The notes under the pieces: generated by a model
Seen by the model: only the letters and a program-made list of their open reading frames with translations
What the model was told of the DNA's origin: nothing
Database searches by the model: none
Translations under genes and position numbers: made by a program
Source of the DNA: a candidate division FCPU426 bacterium
Lineage (GTDB): Bacteria > Oederibacteriota > JAAXVQ01 > JAUVAV01
Length of the DNA: 55,216 nucleotides
NCBI GenBank assembly: GCA_030637655.1
Contig: DAOWGI010000072.1
Location: 1 to 55,216 of the forward strand
Direction: 5' to 3'
Shown: piece by piece, positions 37,904 to 47,637 of the stretch
How the letters are laid out: the number at the start of each line of letters is the position of its first letter
How positions within the stretch are numbered: the first letter of the stretch is position 1

Positions 37904-38835
37904 GAACACTTTTGTCCTATTCCCGGCAACGCCGGCGCGACCATATTCCAAGCCGTTTCAAGGTCAGCCTGCTCTATCCAGTAAATCTTTACCCCTCGCC
38001 GTTCCATGCGCCGGAACCATGTTTCCTGACGTTTGGCAAATTTACAAATAGCGGAAAATAATTTTTCAAACAACTCCTCCTGCGACGAAACATTTCCCAG
38101 CAGATAGTTACTAACCCAGCGGTATTCCAGCCCTAGATTTTGGAGCCGCTCCCAGGACACACCTTGTTGGCGCAATTTTTCCACCTCTGCAATCATTCCT
38201 TGCTGTATCCGCTCCTGCAAACGTTTCGCAATACGCCGGCGCAACTCAGTCCGATCCCAATGCACACCCAGCACCAAAGTCGAAATGGCAGGTCGCGGTT
38301 CAGGAGCATGCCTGCGCTCATATTCTGCAATCTCAATAGCCCTAAGCAAACGTGCGCGCTCCAGTATATCAGTTGTGTTGTGCTGGTGTTTTACAGCAAT
38401 CAAGCGTTCTATTAAGGCTGGGTATGATAAGCCGGACAATTCCGCGCGCAACGCTGCATTCTCCGGAACCGGCTGCATGGCATACCCCAGCAAAACAGCT
38501 TCCAAATACAATCCCGTACCCCCAACCAGAACCGGCATCACCTGTCGTGCCTGACAATCTTGATAGACCCGGTAAAACTCCTTTTGAAAATGGTACGCAC
38601 TAAACTCCTGCTCCAGGGTGGCAATGTCGATCAGATGATACGGAATGTTTGTGTTGTGAATACTGTATTCGCGCAGATCTTTGCCGGCTCCAATATTCAA
38701 TCCTTTATATACCTGGCGGGAATCCGCTGAAAGGATTTCACCGCCTAAACGATCTGCCAGTTGTACTGCCAAACGAGTCTTTCCGGACGCTGTGGGACCG
38801 AGTACCACCAGCAGTTGTATGGGATTATGCGGCAT
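37900..38835 (-). CDS. miaA: tRNA dimethylallyltransferase
   Basis: GPTASGKT, SADSRQVYKGLNIG, VGGTGLY, FAKRQETWFR. Confidence 0.95.
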   Translation of the reverse strand: MPHNPIQLLVVLGPTASGKTRLAVQLADRLGGEILSADSRQVYKGLNIGAGKDLREYSIHNTNIPYHLIDIATLEQEFSAYHFQKEFYRVYQDCQARQVMPVLVGGTGLYLEAVLLGYAMQPVPENAALRAELSGLSYPALIERLIAVKHQHNTTDILERARLLRAIEIAEYERRHAPEPRPAISTLVLGVHWDRTELRRRIAKRLQERIQQGMIAEVEKLRQQGVSWERLQNLGLEYRWVSNYLLGNVSSQEELFEKLFSAICKFAKRQETWFRRMERRGVKIYWIEQADLETAWNMVAPALPGIGQKCS

Positions 38836-38870
38836 ACTGAAAATCCTTATCAGAAATTATGTAACGAGCC

Positions 38871-38899
38871 GTAAGGGCGGGTTTCGAACCCGCCCCTAC
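38871..38899. repeat. GTAG-type REP-like palindrome
   Basis: GTAAGGGCGGGTTTCGAACCCGCCCCTAC. Confidence 0.7.
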
Positions 38900-38915
38900 A
38901 ATTCATTCTTTCAAT

Positions 38916-40247
38916 TTAGCGTTCCAAATTCCTCAATTGCTTCAAGTAGCGCGCTACATTTTCACGCGGTTGCAGGGACTGCGCCAGGGTCAACAACTCA
39001 ATTGCCCGGGTGTAATTTCCCAGCTCCACTTCCACTTGCGCTTGCTTGGTAAGTGCTTCTGCCCGAAAGCGGGAAATGCGCGCAGCCCGCGCAAAAGCCA
39101 TAACCGCCTTTTCCTTTTCTCCGGCAGTTTGATACAACTCGCCCAGCGCAATAATGGCTTGTCCGTGCAGCGGATCTTTTTCAAGCAAAGAACGATAAAG
39201 ATGTAAAGCCTGTTTTGAATTACCGCTCTGCTGGACCGCACGAGCTTCCAACCACAGCAAGCGGGATCGCTCTGATTCAGAAAGTCTGCTTTGCTTGCGC
39301 AACGCACGTGCCTGTTTCAGCAATGATGCGGCACTTTCCGGTTCATGCGCCAGCAAGAAGCCCTCAATGGCACGAAAAAGTCTTCCCAGGGAGGGTTTAG
39401 CGCCGGCAAAGGCTTGCTGATACGCTCTAACTGCTTCCTGATACTGCCCTTGATTCAAATACAGATCACCCAGGGTTGCCAAAGCCTCCGGCATGCCAAC
39501 ACCCAAACGGCGTGCCGCTTCCAATGCCACGATGGCGGCCTTGGGATCATCCACACCCAACCGGGCATTGGCAAGCAAGGACCACAGTTCGCCGCGCTGA
39601 GGATGTTTTTGCAAAACATCCTCCAATATCTTACTTGCTTCTTTAAAACGTTCCTGCAGCAACAATGCTTTGGCCAAGCCCAAATAGGCATTACTATCAT
39701 CCGGTCTCAAGAGCAGCGCCTGGCGATAGGCTGATTCGGCAGGAATGGGCTGCTCCCGTAATAAATACGTGTATCCGGTCAAAGTGAGAACCGCTGGTTT
39801 AGGTACCCCGGTAATTAATATGCACTGCAGTTCCTTTAAGGCTGCTTCGGTTTTTTCTTGTTGCAGCAACAAACGCGCTAAATTGGCTCGCGCTCGATCA
39901 AAAGACGGCATTTTGCTTAAAGCTTTCCGATAGGCGATCTCAGCCTGAGTATATTGTTCCAGTTGAAAATATATATTGCCTAAAGAAAAATCCAAGGCCG
40001 AACTGGAACCCGTTTTAACATTAGACCGGAGCAAAGCCAACGCTTGTTTTATTTTTTCCTCACTCAGCTGGACGACCTGGCTCAGAATATCCGCTTCCTG
40101 TTTGGTTACTTTCGGTTCCCGCGCTTGTTCCTTCGCGTGCTTTTCTACTACGGCCCGGCTGGTGGCAGCTCCCACTGCCAGGACTGCCAAAACACACAGA
40201 CCTACTATACTGCGACGATATTTTCCTATCATTGCACCCCCACTCAT
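38916..40247 (-). CDS. Exported TPR-repeat protein (TtpD-like)
   Basis: Signal-like N-terminus, many TPR motifs, last gene of the TonB operon. Confidence 0.85.
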   Translation of the reverse strand: MSGGAMIGKYRRSIVGLCVLAVLAVGAATSRAVVEKHAKEQAREPKVTKQEADILSQVVQLSEEKIKQALALLRSNVKTGSSSALDFSLGNIYFQLEQYTQAEIAYRKALSKMPSFDRARANLARLLLQQEKTEAALKELQCILITGVPKPAVLTLTGYTYLLREQPIPAESAYRQALLLRPDDSNAYLGLAKALLLQERFKEASKILEDVLQKHPQRGELWSLLANARLGVDDPKAAIVALEAARRLGVGMPEALATLGDLYLNQGQYQEAVRAYQQAFAGAKPSLGRLFRAIEGFLLAHEPESAASLLKQARALRKQSRLSESERSRLLWLEARAVQQSGNSKQALHLYRSLLEKDPLHGQAIIALGELYQTAGEKEKAVMAFARAARISRFRAEALTKQAQVEVELGNYTRAIELLTLAQSLQPRENVARYLKQLRNLER

Positions 40248-40894
40248 TTCCGCAAAGAAAAAACAATAGGCCGCACTACCCGGGTAGCGACCGGTTTGCC
40301 ATTTCTAGTTCCAGGTTGAAATTTCCATTTTCGCAAAGCGCTTATTGCTGCCGGCACAAAAAGATATTCCGGTTCAGCTGATATTACCTTGATCTGATCC
40401 ACAAAACCATCTGCTTTCACCACAAAGGTCAACACTACTTTGCCCTCAATATTTTTCATCTTAGCTTTCAGCGGATACAAGGGAACAATCTCCGAAGTGG
40501 GCCGAGGCGGCTCATCCACTTCGGAGATTGCAAAAACCAAGGATTCACCCCGCAGATCTCCCTGCACATTAAAATACAAACTGTAATCAGCAAATCCCGG
40601 ATTAAGTTCCAAGGCTGCTTGAATATACAAGGGAGATAATTTTTTTCCGGTCTCTGTCAACTTGGGTTTGAGTGGTGCCGGCTTTTTTTTGACTTTCGGA
40701 GGCATCCTGGGCGGAGTCTTGACAATTTCCGAAGTTTCTATGTCCCGCAAGGAATATTTATTCTTTTGCTGGTACAACATTTCCGCAATCGGAAGCATGA
40801 GAAATATACCCAACGTAACCAGCAGACTTAGGCCCACGACCCGATAACTCCAACGGGATCCTGTGTCCGGTTGATAAAAATGCGTGCGACTCAT
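40244..40894 (-). CDS. tonB: Energy transducer TonB
   Basis: TM, a Pro/Lys-rich linker, and TonB C-domain PLYPLKAK...EGKVVLTFVV...WKFQPG..GKPV. Confidence 0.92.
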   Translation of the reverse strand: MSRTHFYQPDTGSRWSYRVVGLSLLVTLGIFLMLPIAEMLYQQKNKYSLRDIETSEIVKTPPRMPPKVKKKPAPLKPKLTETGKKLSPLYIQAALELNPGFADYSLYFNVQGDLRGESLVFAISEVDEPPRPTSEIVPLYPLKAKMKNIEGKVVLTFVVKADGFVDQIKVISAEPEYLFVPAAISALRKWKFQPGTRNGKPVATRVVRPIVFSLRK

Positions 40895-41292
40895 TCTACC
40901 TCCGTGGCGATGCTAACCTGCTTGGCGCCGGCCAATTTGCATTCATCAATAACATCCACCAAAATACCGCTGCGCGAGGCCTCGTCTGCCAGTATAATCA
41001 CCGGCCGTTCCTGTTCCCGCAACAAACGCGCAACCAAACCGCGAATACTTCCCAAATTCATCTCTTGACCGGCATAGATAATCTTTCCTTGCGAGGTCAC
41101 GCCAATCATAATACTCTGTTTTTCCAGATTTTGCGCACTGGAAGCTCTCGGTTTCTGGATGGGAATACCAACCTCTTGCACAAAAGCCGTGGTTACAATA
41201 AAAAAAATCAGCAGTAAAAACATCATGTCAATCAGAGGTGATATGTTAATATCCAAGTTTTCAGAATTTTTATCGTAACGACCACGCCTCAT
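40891..41292 (-). CDS. exbD: Biopolymer transporter ExbD
   Basis: INISPLIDMMFLLLIFFIVTT, IILAD. Confidence 0.93.
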   Translation of the reverse strand: MRRGRYDKNSENLDINISPLIDMMFLLLIFFIVTTAFVQEVGIPIQKPRASSAQNLEKQSIMIGVTSQGKIIYAGQEMNLGSIRGLVARLLREQERPVIILADEASRSGILVDVIDECKLAGAKQVSIATEVE

Positions 41293-41915
41293 TACTTTCT
41301 CCTTCGCATCCCCAAAACAAAGTGATTTTGTAATCCGGACAAGCGGACTTCAAGCTGCTGCTTTTTCTTTTTTAACAGCATTACCCCGAATATACCCGGG
41401 ATAGCTATAATCAAACCAAATTGGGTCGTGATTAAACCCTGACTAATTCCGGAAGCCATTAATTCCGTGGTTTCACAGCTTCTTTCCGCAATGGCCTGAA
41501 AGGTCCCAATCATGCCAAATACTGTGCCCAGCAGTCCCAACAAGGGCGCGGAAGTAACCAGGGCAGCCAGGATCAACAAATCCCTTTCCCAGGGGTGAAA
41601 TGTTTTTATCCGCACCTCATGAAACACTTCAAAAAGGTCAATCCCTTGCCGAATTTTTTGGATAATGTAAATCACCAAATCATGAAATGCGGAATCTTCT
41701 TTTTCCAGCTGCTTCACCACAGCTTTCCACTCAGCAACCTGCGTCAACTGATTTTCCAATTCAGCTTCCTTTTCCTGCGAAAGTGGCGCTAGGGCATCCA
41801 ATTGCCGGTTCAACTTCAATACATAGTACCAAATAAAAACACATACCATGGCAATCGGAATCAACAACCAACCGCCTTTGGCCCAGTACTCAAAACTTAC
41901 GAGAATCGCATCCAT
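41292..41915 (-). CDS. exbB: MotA/TolQ/ExbB proton channel protein
   Basis: APLLGLLGTVFGMI, GISQGLITTQFGLIIAIP. Confidence 0.9.
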   Translation of the reverse strand: MDAILVSFEYWAKGGWLLIPIAMVCVFIWYYVLKLNRQLDALAPLSQEKEAELENQLTQVAEWKAVVKQLEKEDSAFHDLVIYIIQKIRQGIDLFEVFHEVRIKTFHPWERDLLILAALVTSAPLLGLLGTVFGMIGTFQAIAERSCETTELMASGISQGLITTQFGLIIAIPGIFGVMLLKKKKQQLEVRLSGLQNHFVLGMRRRK

Positions 41916-41948
41916 ACGGCTAAATATTCCTTCCGAGCTATTCCCTGC

Positions 41949-43334
41949 TTATTTCTTTTTCTTTACCCGCAGTCCGTTTACAAAAGCAACTGTGGTTTGT
42001 TCTAAGGTATGAATGATCCGTTTCACGCGCCGTGAAAGAAACGCATGAATCAGTAAAGTCGGTATCGCGACGATTAGACCATATTCTGTGGTGACCAAAG
42101 CCTCACTAATACCACTTGAAAGAATATTCACTTTACCGGTACCAAAAACCGCTACCAAATCAAATGTATGCACCATACCGGTAACCGTTCCTAACAATCC
42201 AAGCAGAGGTGCCACGGCTGCCGAAACGGCCAGCAACGCTAAATATTTTTCCAAAAAGGGTATCTGAGCAAGAATCTGTTCATGCATAATCTCTTCAATT
42301 TGTTCGCGCGGGGCGCACGAATGCTCCACCCCTTCATACAAGACCGGAGCCACGGGTTGCCCCAAGGTCAGTGTCATCTTTTGTGCTTCCGAGTGCTGGC
42401 CTTGATTTACCAGACGCAAAACCTGCGTCAAAACCGGTTCGACATCCAACTGCAATTTCCGCAGGTTTATAAATTTCCAGATGGCAGTAAAAAAACAGAG
42501 TATCCCCAACCCCAGGATGGGGATCATCACAATTCCACCGCTGCGTATATGCTCAAACCAGCTCTTTTTCTGCCTGGCGATTTTGACCGCGCCACCCAAA
42601 GTGACATCAATCGGGACCTGAGTTTCTTCACCGCGCAGTAACTTTTTCAGGGCTGAAAGCGAAACTTCCGAAACCAAGGTAGGATTGGCACTCCCGAGCT
42701 TTAATCCAACCATACCTGCTAAAGTTTGCTCTTTATTCATAAAAAAATGAATCGGACCAATCTGTAAAAAATAACCGTCTTGCAGTTTTCCGTGCGAATC
42801 TATGGCTTGTCCCACATAAGACAAACCTGAAGCGTTTTCTTGATTCCGATATTCTATCAGGGTCAGCAAACGCTCTGCGCCGGATAATATTTCAACTGCT
42901 TGCCCGGAGTCCAAACTCTGATCGACCTTAGCCAGACGTGATGAGCGATATTGAATTTCCGCCAAGTTCATTCGGGTGGCCATTTCACGACGATACTCAA
43001 CCAGTAAGGAAGCGCAAAAATTCACTTCTTCCTGTAAATATCCTGTCTCTTGTTGGAGCTGTTGAAATCCGGATTCTTTCTGCCACACCAACTCTCTCAC
43101 TCGCCCCACCTTTTTTCGCAGCGGCAGCACCTGGTTTTCCAGGGTAGTAATGTCTTTACTCAACGCCAAGAGCTGCTTACTATGAGCCTGGCGTAGTGTA
43201 TTCAACTCAAGAACCGCTTTTTGAATGTCCTGGCGTGTGTTGGCAATCGCTTCCCGCAGTTCTTGCGCGAACGCCTGCCCGGAAAACAATAGCAGCCCAC
43301 CCAGTATAAGAGCTTTCAGACGTTTTTTTCTCAT
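41949..43334 (-). CDS. Long ExbB-like protein (TtpC type) with periplasmic coiled-coil N-domain
   Basis: Signal peptide AFA|Q from ATG 43334, a coiled coil, PIDVT, APLLGLLGTVTGM, GISEALVTTEYGL. Confidence 0.85.
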   Translation of the reverse strand: MRKKRLKALILGGLLLFSGQAFAQELREAIANTRQDIQKAVLELNTLRQAHSKQLLALSKDITTLENQVLPLRKKVGRVRELVWQKESGFQQLQQETGYLQEEVNFCASLLVEYRREMATRMNLAEIQYRSSRLAKVDQSLDSGQAVEILSGAERLLTLIEYRNQENASGLSYVGQAIDSHGKLQDGYFLQIGPIHFFMNKEQTLAGMVGLKLGSANPTLVSEVSLSALKKLLRGEETQVPIDVTLGGAVKIARQKKSWFEHIRSGGIVMIPILGLGILCFFTAIWKFINLRKLQLDVEPVLTQVLRLVNQGQHSEAQKMTLTLGQPVAPVLYEGVEHSCAPREQIEEIMHEQILAQIPFLEKYLALLAVSAAVAPLLGLLGTVTGMVHTFDLVAVFGTGKVNILSSGISEALVTTEYGLIVAIPTLLIHAFLSRRVKRIIHTLEQTTVAFVNGLRVKKKK

Positions 43335-44137
43335 AAAGCATCCTTTTTTATACGCACTGGCAAGGGCACAAACTCGGCGATTTTCTCGCGCGCCTGTAAG
43401 TTTAAGCACTGTTGGATTCGAACTGCCAATTCCGGCCGCCATTGCCATTCCCAGCCGGTCACTTCTAAAGTTCCAATCCCGGCATATTTCCCATCCTGCG
43501 AGACACAAAATCCTTGTGCCAAGCCCAAATATAATACATCAAATTCTAAGGAATGTTGCTCATCCCGGGCAATCACCTGCTTGCCAACATTAATGTTGCA
43601 CTGATAACTCTCGATTTGGGCATACAAAGCCAAAATGATCTGTAAACGTTGGGAAACGGATTTTTCGGAAGTATTTCTCAATTTGTTAAAATGCTTGATC
43701 AAGGGATGCAGCAAGGATGCAGGCAAACGCTTTTCCCACTGTTGCAAGGCGGCCTCAGCTTTGCGCAGCGCAGGCTCGCAAGCAGCCAAGGCAGCCTGAT
43801 CCTGCTGCTTTTTTTTCAGCAATTGCAGGCGTTGGGCATTTTTCGCCAGGGAATCGGAGTTGACTTGCTTCAATTCTTTCTGTAGAAGTTTTTTTTCTTG
43901 TCGCAGGAGTGTCCGTTCATTCTGCAATTGACAACGGTCTTCCTGCCAAGACTCTTTTTCCAAAGCAATCTGGCGCTTGAGTTCAACCCATTGACTGACA
44001 AGTTTCTCCAGCGTGGTTGTGGTCGCCAAAGTTTCCTGCGCCCCACTGGTTTGCGTCCAACAGAGAAAACACAGAACCAGGATCAGCGGCAGAAATCGTT
44101 TGCTCCATAGAATTCGAGCTTTTTTTCGTTTTCGCAT
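43331..44137 (-). CDS. DUF3450-family periplasmic coiled-coil protein (TtpB-like)
   Basis: Signal peptide, coiled coil, FDVLYLGL, WEW, FVPLPV. First gene of the TonB operon. Confidence 0.8.
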   Translation of the reverse strand: MRKRKKARILWSKRFLPLILVLCFLCWTQTSGAQETLATTTTLEKLVSQWVELKRQIALEKESWQEDRCQLQNERTLLRQEKKLLQKELKQVNSDSLAKNAQRLQLLKKKQQDQAALAACEPALRKAEAALQQWEKRLPASLLHPLIKHFNKLRNTSEKSVSQRLQIILALYAQIESYQCNINVGKQVIARDEQHSLEFDVLYLGLAQGFCVSQDGKYAGIGTLEVTGWEWQWRPELAVRIQQCLNLQAREKIAEFVPLPVRIKKDAL

Positions 44138-44444
44138 TATTTGTTCCTCTCTAAGCCGGCATATCCCATCTTAGACTCTATGACCGTACTTTGGTTCATA
44201 CACCCGGCTGACAAAAATAATCTCAAGAAATACTTGATGTATTTTGCCAGATACTATTTGTCGGCGCAATAGTTTTTAAATCAGATCCACCGGTAGGGGT
44301 ATAAATAATTTCATTTCTCCAATCCGGATGAGAGGTTAGAATAGACCCCGCGACCATCTTTTTTGGAGCCGTAGAGTCCGCATAGATAGTTGTCTGGTAA
44401 AATTATTCCCGCAACCTGCTGCAACTTCGGATTAAAAACACTCT

Positions 44445-45059
44445 TCAAGGTATCAGGCCCGCCCATTTAAGCGGCCGGCAAGAATCGGATCCTTCGCCTT
44501 TTGATACAAATCCATCAAGACAGCTAACGAATTCATTTAATTCACTGCGCTGCTTATCCGATAGTTCAGGCAATAGATTATCGGCTGCCTGGGCGGATCT
44601 ATATATTTGCAGAGCCCAGGCCAACTGTTTAGTTTGCATATCCTTGGTTTTACGAGCTGGATGCCAACTGCCAAAATCACGCAGTATGGCGTGCACATAA
44701 TCCATAAGGGCAAGTGGTGAAGGATTATATAAGGCACTCTCACCAAATGTTTTTGCTGCCGCACCCCAACCCCGTTTACCTTTCATGGTTTCTGCACGTA
44801 GCGCTATGCCTTGCTGATAAAAGGTATTTGCCGTCGCTTTATTTTCCTTACTCACACCTTTCTTCAGCACGGCAATAATTGCATCGGGATTTTCCAAGTC
44901 TTGCTGGGTTAAGACAGGACTCTCATTTCCGGTAGTAACACAACCCACTGATGTCATGAGTAAACTAGTTGCGAACAGTAATCGAACCCACCGTCTTGGC
45001 CTGGCTCCTCCTACAGAGAAGATGATAGCTGTTGGCGAGTAAACCGGTTTCTTAATCAT
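44445..45059 (-). CDS. Hypothetical lipoprotein
   Basis: Lipobox LMTSVG|C with a helical mature part. The ORF-track N-terminal extension derives from the adjacent intron remnant. Confidence 0.6.
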   Translation of the reverse strand: MIKKPVYSPTAIIFSVGGARPRRWVRLLFATSLLMTSVGCVTTGNESPVLTQQDLENPDAIIAVLKKGVSKENKATANTFYQQGIALRAETMKGKRGWGAAAKTFGESALYNPSPLALMDYVHAILRDFGSWHPARKTKDMQTKQLAWALQIYRSAQAADNLLPELSDKQRSELNEFVSCLDGFVSKGEGSDSCRPLKWAGLIP

Positions 45060-45079
45060 ACACCGGTTGGTTCCGACTC

Positions 45080-45400
45080 CTCTCTGCCGCTTAAAGCATT
45101 CATGCGGAATCTCCTTATTCATCAAGTGAAATAGACTTGTAAACCGAATTCGGGCATCTCTGCGGGCCTTTTCCGCTATACGCTGGTTTTTTTGTTTCCA
45201 CCGTTTCGCTATGACCAAGCATAGTCGGTGTATTCTTTCAACGTTGTTACTCATGTGGCTTCCTTTCCTCCGGCGGCATTACCCGCCTTCACTAGTACTA
45301 TGATGCCATCCGACTTCTTATGTCTTGCCTTTCTCCCTTTATTATCAGTTGTCCGGCATACTCACGTCCCTGTGAGAAGACATATTGTCTCCCGGATTCC
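45080..45400 (-). mobile_element. Degenerate group II intron fragment (domain II/III RNA plus frameshifted RT N-terminus)
   Basis: Minus strand GAAGTCGGATGGCATCATAGTACTAGTGAAGGCGGGTAATGCCGCCGGAGGAAAGG resembles intron DII/DIII. It is followed by GTG-ETK/QRIAEKARRDARIRFTSLFHLMN...ECFKR, the typical intron RT start. No YADD or domain V is present. Boundaries approximate. Confidence 0.75.
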
Positions 45401-45536
45401 CTTTGTCCAACCTTTTCCTGGCGCCCCCCTGACACGTGGTTTATGTTGCAAGGCATAAATCCACCAACTATTACTAAGTATAATATAATCTTATTTTAAC
45501 CACGATCCTAAAGTTCACTCATGGTATACTAATTTT

Positions 45537-45806
45537 ACTAGGAGCTTGAGCATTTAGTTGCTTTTTTAAATTCCTGAACAAAAGAGCAATAGAAAATAGA
45601 CCGCAATTGAGCTTTTTCTATTGCTCTTTTGTTCTATTCTCAATTGCTCTGGAGTATGAGCATTTAGTCGGTTTTTTTGTTATTTTGCCGTCATACCGGC
45701 GGAAGCCGGTATCCAGGAATCTGAATTTTAAAGCTTTTTCTGGACCCCGGTTTTCACCGGAGTGACGAACAATACCTAAAACGTACTAATTGCTCAAACT
45801 CCTAGT
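45537..45806. mobile_element. MITE-like element with 22-bp terminal inverted repeats containing CTAG, enclosing a hairpin and a CGTC repeat
   Basis: ACTAGGAGCTTGAGCATTTAGT (45537) versus ACTAATTGCTCAAACTCCTAGT (45785-45806), 20/22 inverted match. An internal second left-end copy lies near 45651, and the CGTC element at 45689-45767. Confidence 0.65.
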
Positions 45807-45832
45807 TTAGTTTTTATCCAGGGAGAACCATT

Positions 45833-46858
45833 GTGGCCGATCAAACCAAGCCTCTTCGCGTACATGTTGTTTCAGAAACCGAGTATATTATCAAAGGACA
45901 AGGCGTGCACACAGCCTATGTGGATTGTGTTGACCTGTTGAAAAGCCAACCGGACATTGAAGTTGTCAGCAACAATGAAGGTTGGGGCGATGTCATGCAT
46001 TCCCATACCTACGGTCCCTTTTATTTTTGGAAAGGACGCCGCTACCAAGGACGCCGCGTCTATACCGTACATGTCATTCCCGATTCCATCAAAGGATCGC
46101 TTCCCCTCTGGCGCTTCTGGATGCCTTTTGTCCGCTGGTATTTCCGCCGGGTCTATTCTTATGCTGATGTCTGCATTGCCATTTCTCCCATGGTGGAAGA
46201 AGCCATACTTGATTTGAAAGCCAAAACAAAAATTGTCCGTATTTTCAATCCCCTGCATGTGGATAAATACGCCCCGACTCCACAACGACGTGCCAAAGGA
46301 CGTAAATTACTTGGACTTGAAAAAGACGAATTCGTTGTCCTGGGGGTAGGCCAACTGGAGGGCCGTAAAGGAGTCGAAACTTTTCTGGATATCGCGGAAG
46401 CCATTCCCAATGCCACCTTTGTCTGGGTGGGTGGACGTCCATTTGGTGTTATGACTGAGGGTATTGCAAAAATCAACAAACGCATCGCAGCAGCCGGAAA
46501 ACACATACAATTCCCAGGCCTGTTTGATCTGGAAAACATGCCCTATCTTTACAACGCGGCAGACATGCTTCTTTTTCCGAGTTATCAAGAAAACTGCCCT
46601 TTGGTTCCCCTGGAAGCGGCAGCAGCCGGTCTGCCGGTTATATATCGAGATATTCGGGAGTATCATAAATTATATGAATATCCATATCTCAAAGCCAAAG
46701 ATACTCCTGAATTCATCAAAATGACAAATAAAATTATCTCAGATCCCGCCTGCCGGGAAAAAGCCAAAAAAATATCACAAACACTTTTAAAACAGTTCGA
46801 AAAAGAAGAAATACGTAAACACCTTATTACCCTTTATCGGGAATTAGCACGCGTTTAA
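45833..46858 (+). CDS. Glycosyltransferase family 4 (glycolipid synthase-like)
   Basis: GQGVHTAY, HVIPDS, VGQLEGRKG, FPSYQENCPLVPLEAAAAGLP (ExxxxxxxE). Confidence 0.9.
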   Translation: MADQTKPLRVHVVSETEYIIKGQGVHTAYVDCVDLLKSQPDIEVVSNNEGWGDVMHSHTYGPFYFWKGRRYQGRRVYTVHVIPDSIKGSLPLWRFWMPFVRWYFRRVYSYADVCIAISPMVEEAILDLKAKTKIVRIFNPLHVDKYAPTPQRRAKGRKLLGLEKDEFVVLGVGQLEGRKGVETFLDIAEAIPNATFVWVGGRPFGVMTEGIAKINKRIAAAGKHIQFPGLFDLENMPYLYNAADMLLFPSYQENCPLVPLEAAAAGLPVIYRDIREYHKLYEYPYLKAKDTPEFIKMTNKIISDPACREKAKKISQTLLKQFEKEEIRKHLITLYRELARV

Positions 46859-46953
46859 CGGTTAGCTGTTCAGCAATTTGTAATTTTGTCGTATCTGAGC
46901 CGGAAGTTAAATGATGTTCTTAGGGTCAAGTACAATGACAGGTCCATTCCGCC

Positions 46954-47397
46954 TTATTCATCAACCGCTGCCTTTGATTCCGGAATCTTATATTCTTCCA
47001 TAAAACTTTTCAAATACTCGCTATCCTCATTGGACATATTTAAAAATTCCACGCCAAAAATATATTTCTCATCCTCAAAGAAAGAAGACCACGCGATCTT
47101 GGATTGAATGGATACTTTTCGGCATTCCATTTCCGGACATGTGGCTAAAAACGCAAGATTTTGACGTTTATCTTCCGGCGGAAGAAACAGTTCCACGACA
47201 ATCAACTCACCCACCGGCATCTCCTGATCACTACGGATAACAATCCCGCCTATCCCTAAGTTCAAGGATTGACTTTTTTTATAATTACTATTTCCACTTT
47301 CAGCTACTTTGCGGTAATTCACAATTATTTTTAATGGTATTCTCGGATGACGCCGACGTTCAACAAACGTATCCGCCGTAAATATACAATCGTCCAT
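46954..47397 (-). CDS. PilZ-domain protein
   Basis: ERRRHPR (RxxxR), NLGIGG (variant of D/NxSxxG), GVEFLNM. Confidence 0.85.
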   Translation of the reverse strand: MDDCIFTADTFVERRRHPRIPLKIIVNYRKVAESGNSNYKKSQSLNLGIGGIVIRSDQEMPVGELIVVELFLPPEDKRQNLAFLATCPEMECRKVSIQSKIAWSSFFEDEKYIFGVEFLNMSNEDSEYLKSFMEEYKIPESKAAVDE

Positions 47398-47506
47398 GAG
47401 TTCACCTCCGGCATATGCTGATTGGCATTGTTTGCCATCTTATCCAAGAGCAAATCAATTAAGGCTACCTGTGGTTTGCCTGCGTCCGTAATAAATCATC
47501 CCCGCA

Positions 47507-47629
47507 CTATCCTTCTTTTCCATCTGCAGCTTCTATAAATTTATCTCCGCGACATCCTGGAATTTCCATACCTCGCCGCACAAACATACCGGCTATAGCG
47601 GGATCATCTGCGATAATAATGCGCCTAAT
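47507..47629 (-). pseudogene. Truncated CheY-like receiver fragment
   Basis: Translates IRRIIIADDPAIAGMFVRRGMEIPGCRGDKFIEAADGKEG*, only the first third of a receiver domain. No ATG start and no phospho-Asp. Confidence 0.7.
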
Positions 47630-47637
47630 GATTTTTC

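Noticed and set aside
43335-43508. Long N-terminal extension of the TtpC-like ORF
   Set aside because: It overlaps the DUF3450 gene. The signal peptide and ATGA coupling indicate a start at 43334.
44180-44420. Possible decayed RAYT transposase trace (IILPDN-like codons on minus)
   Set aside because: Too degenerate, with multiple stops, to support by eye. It would need tBLASTn.
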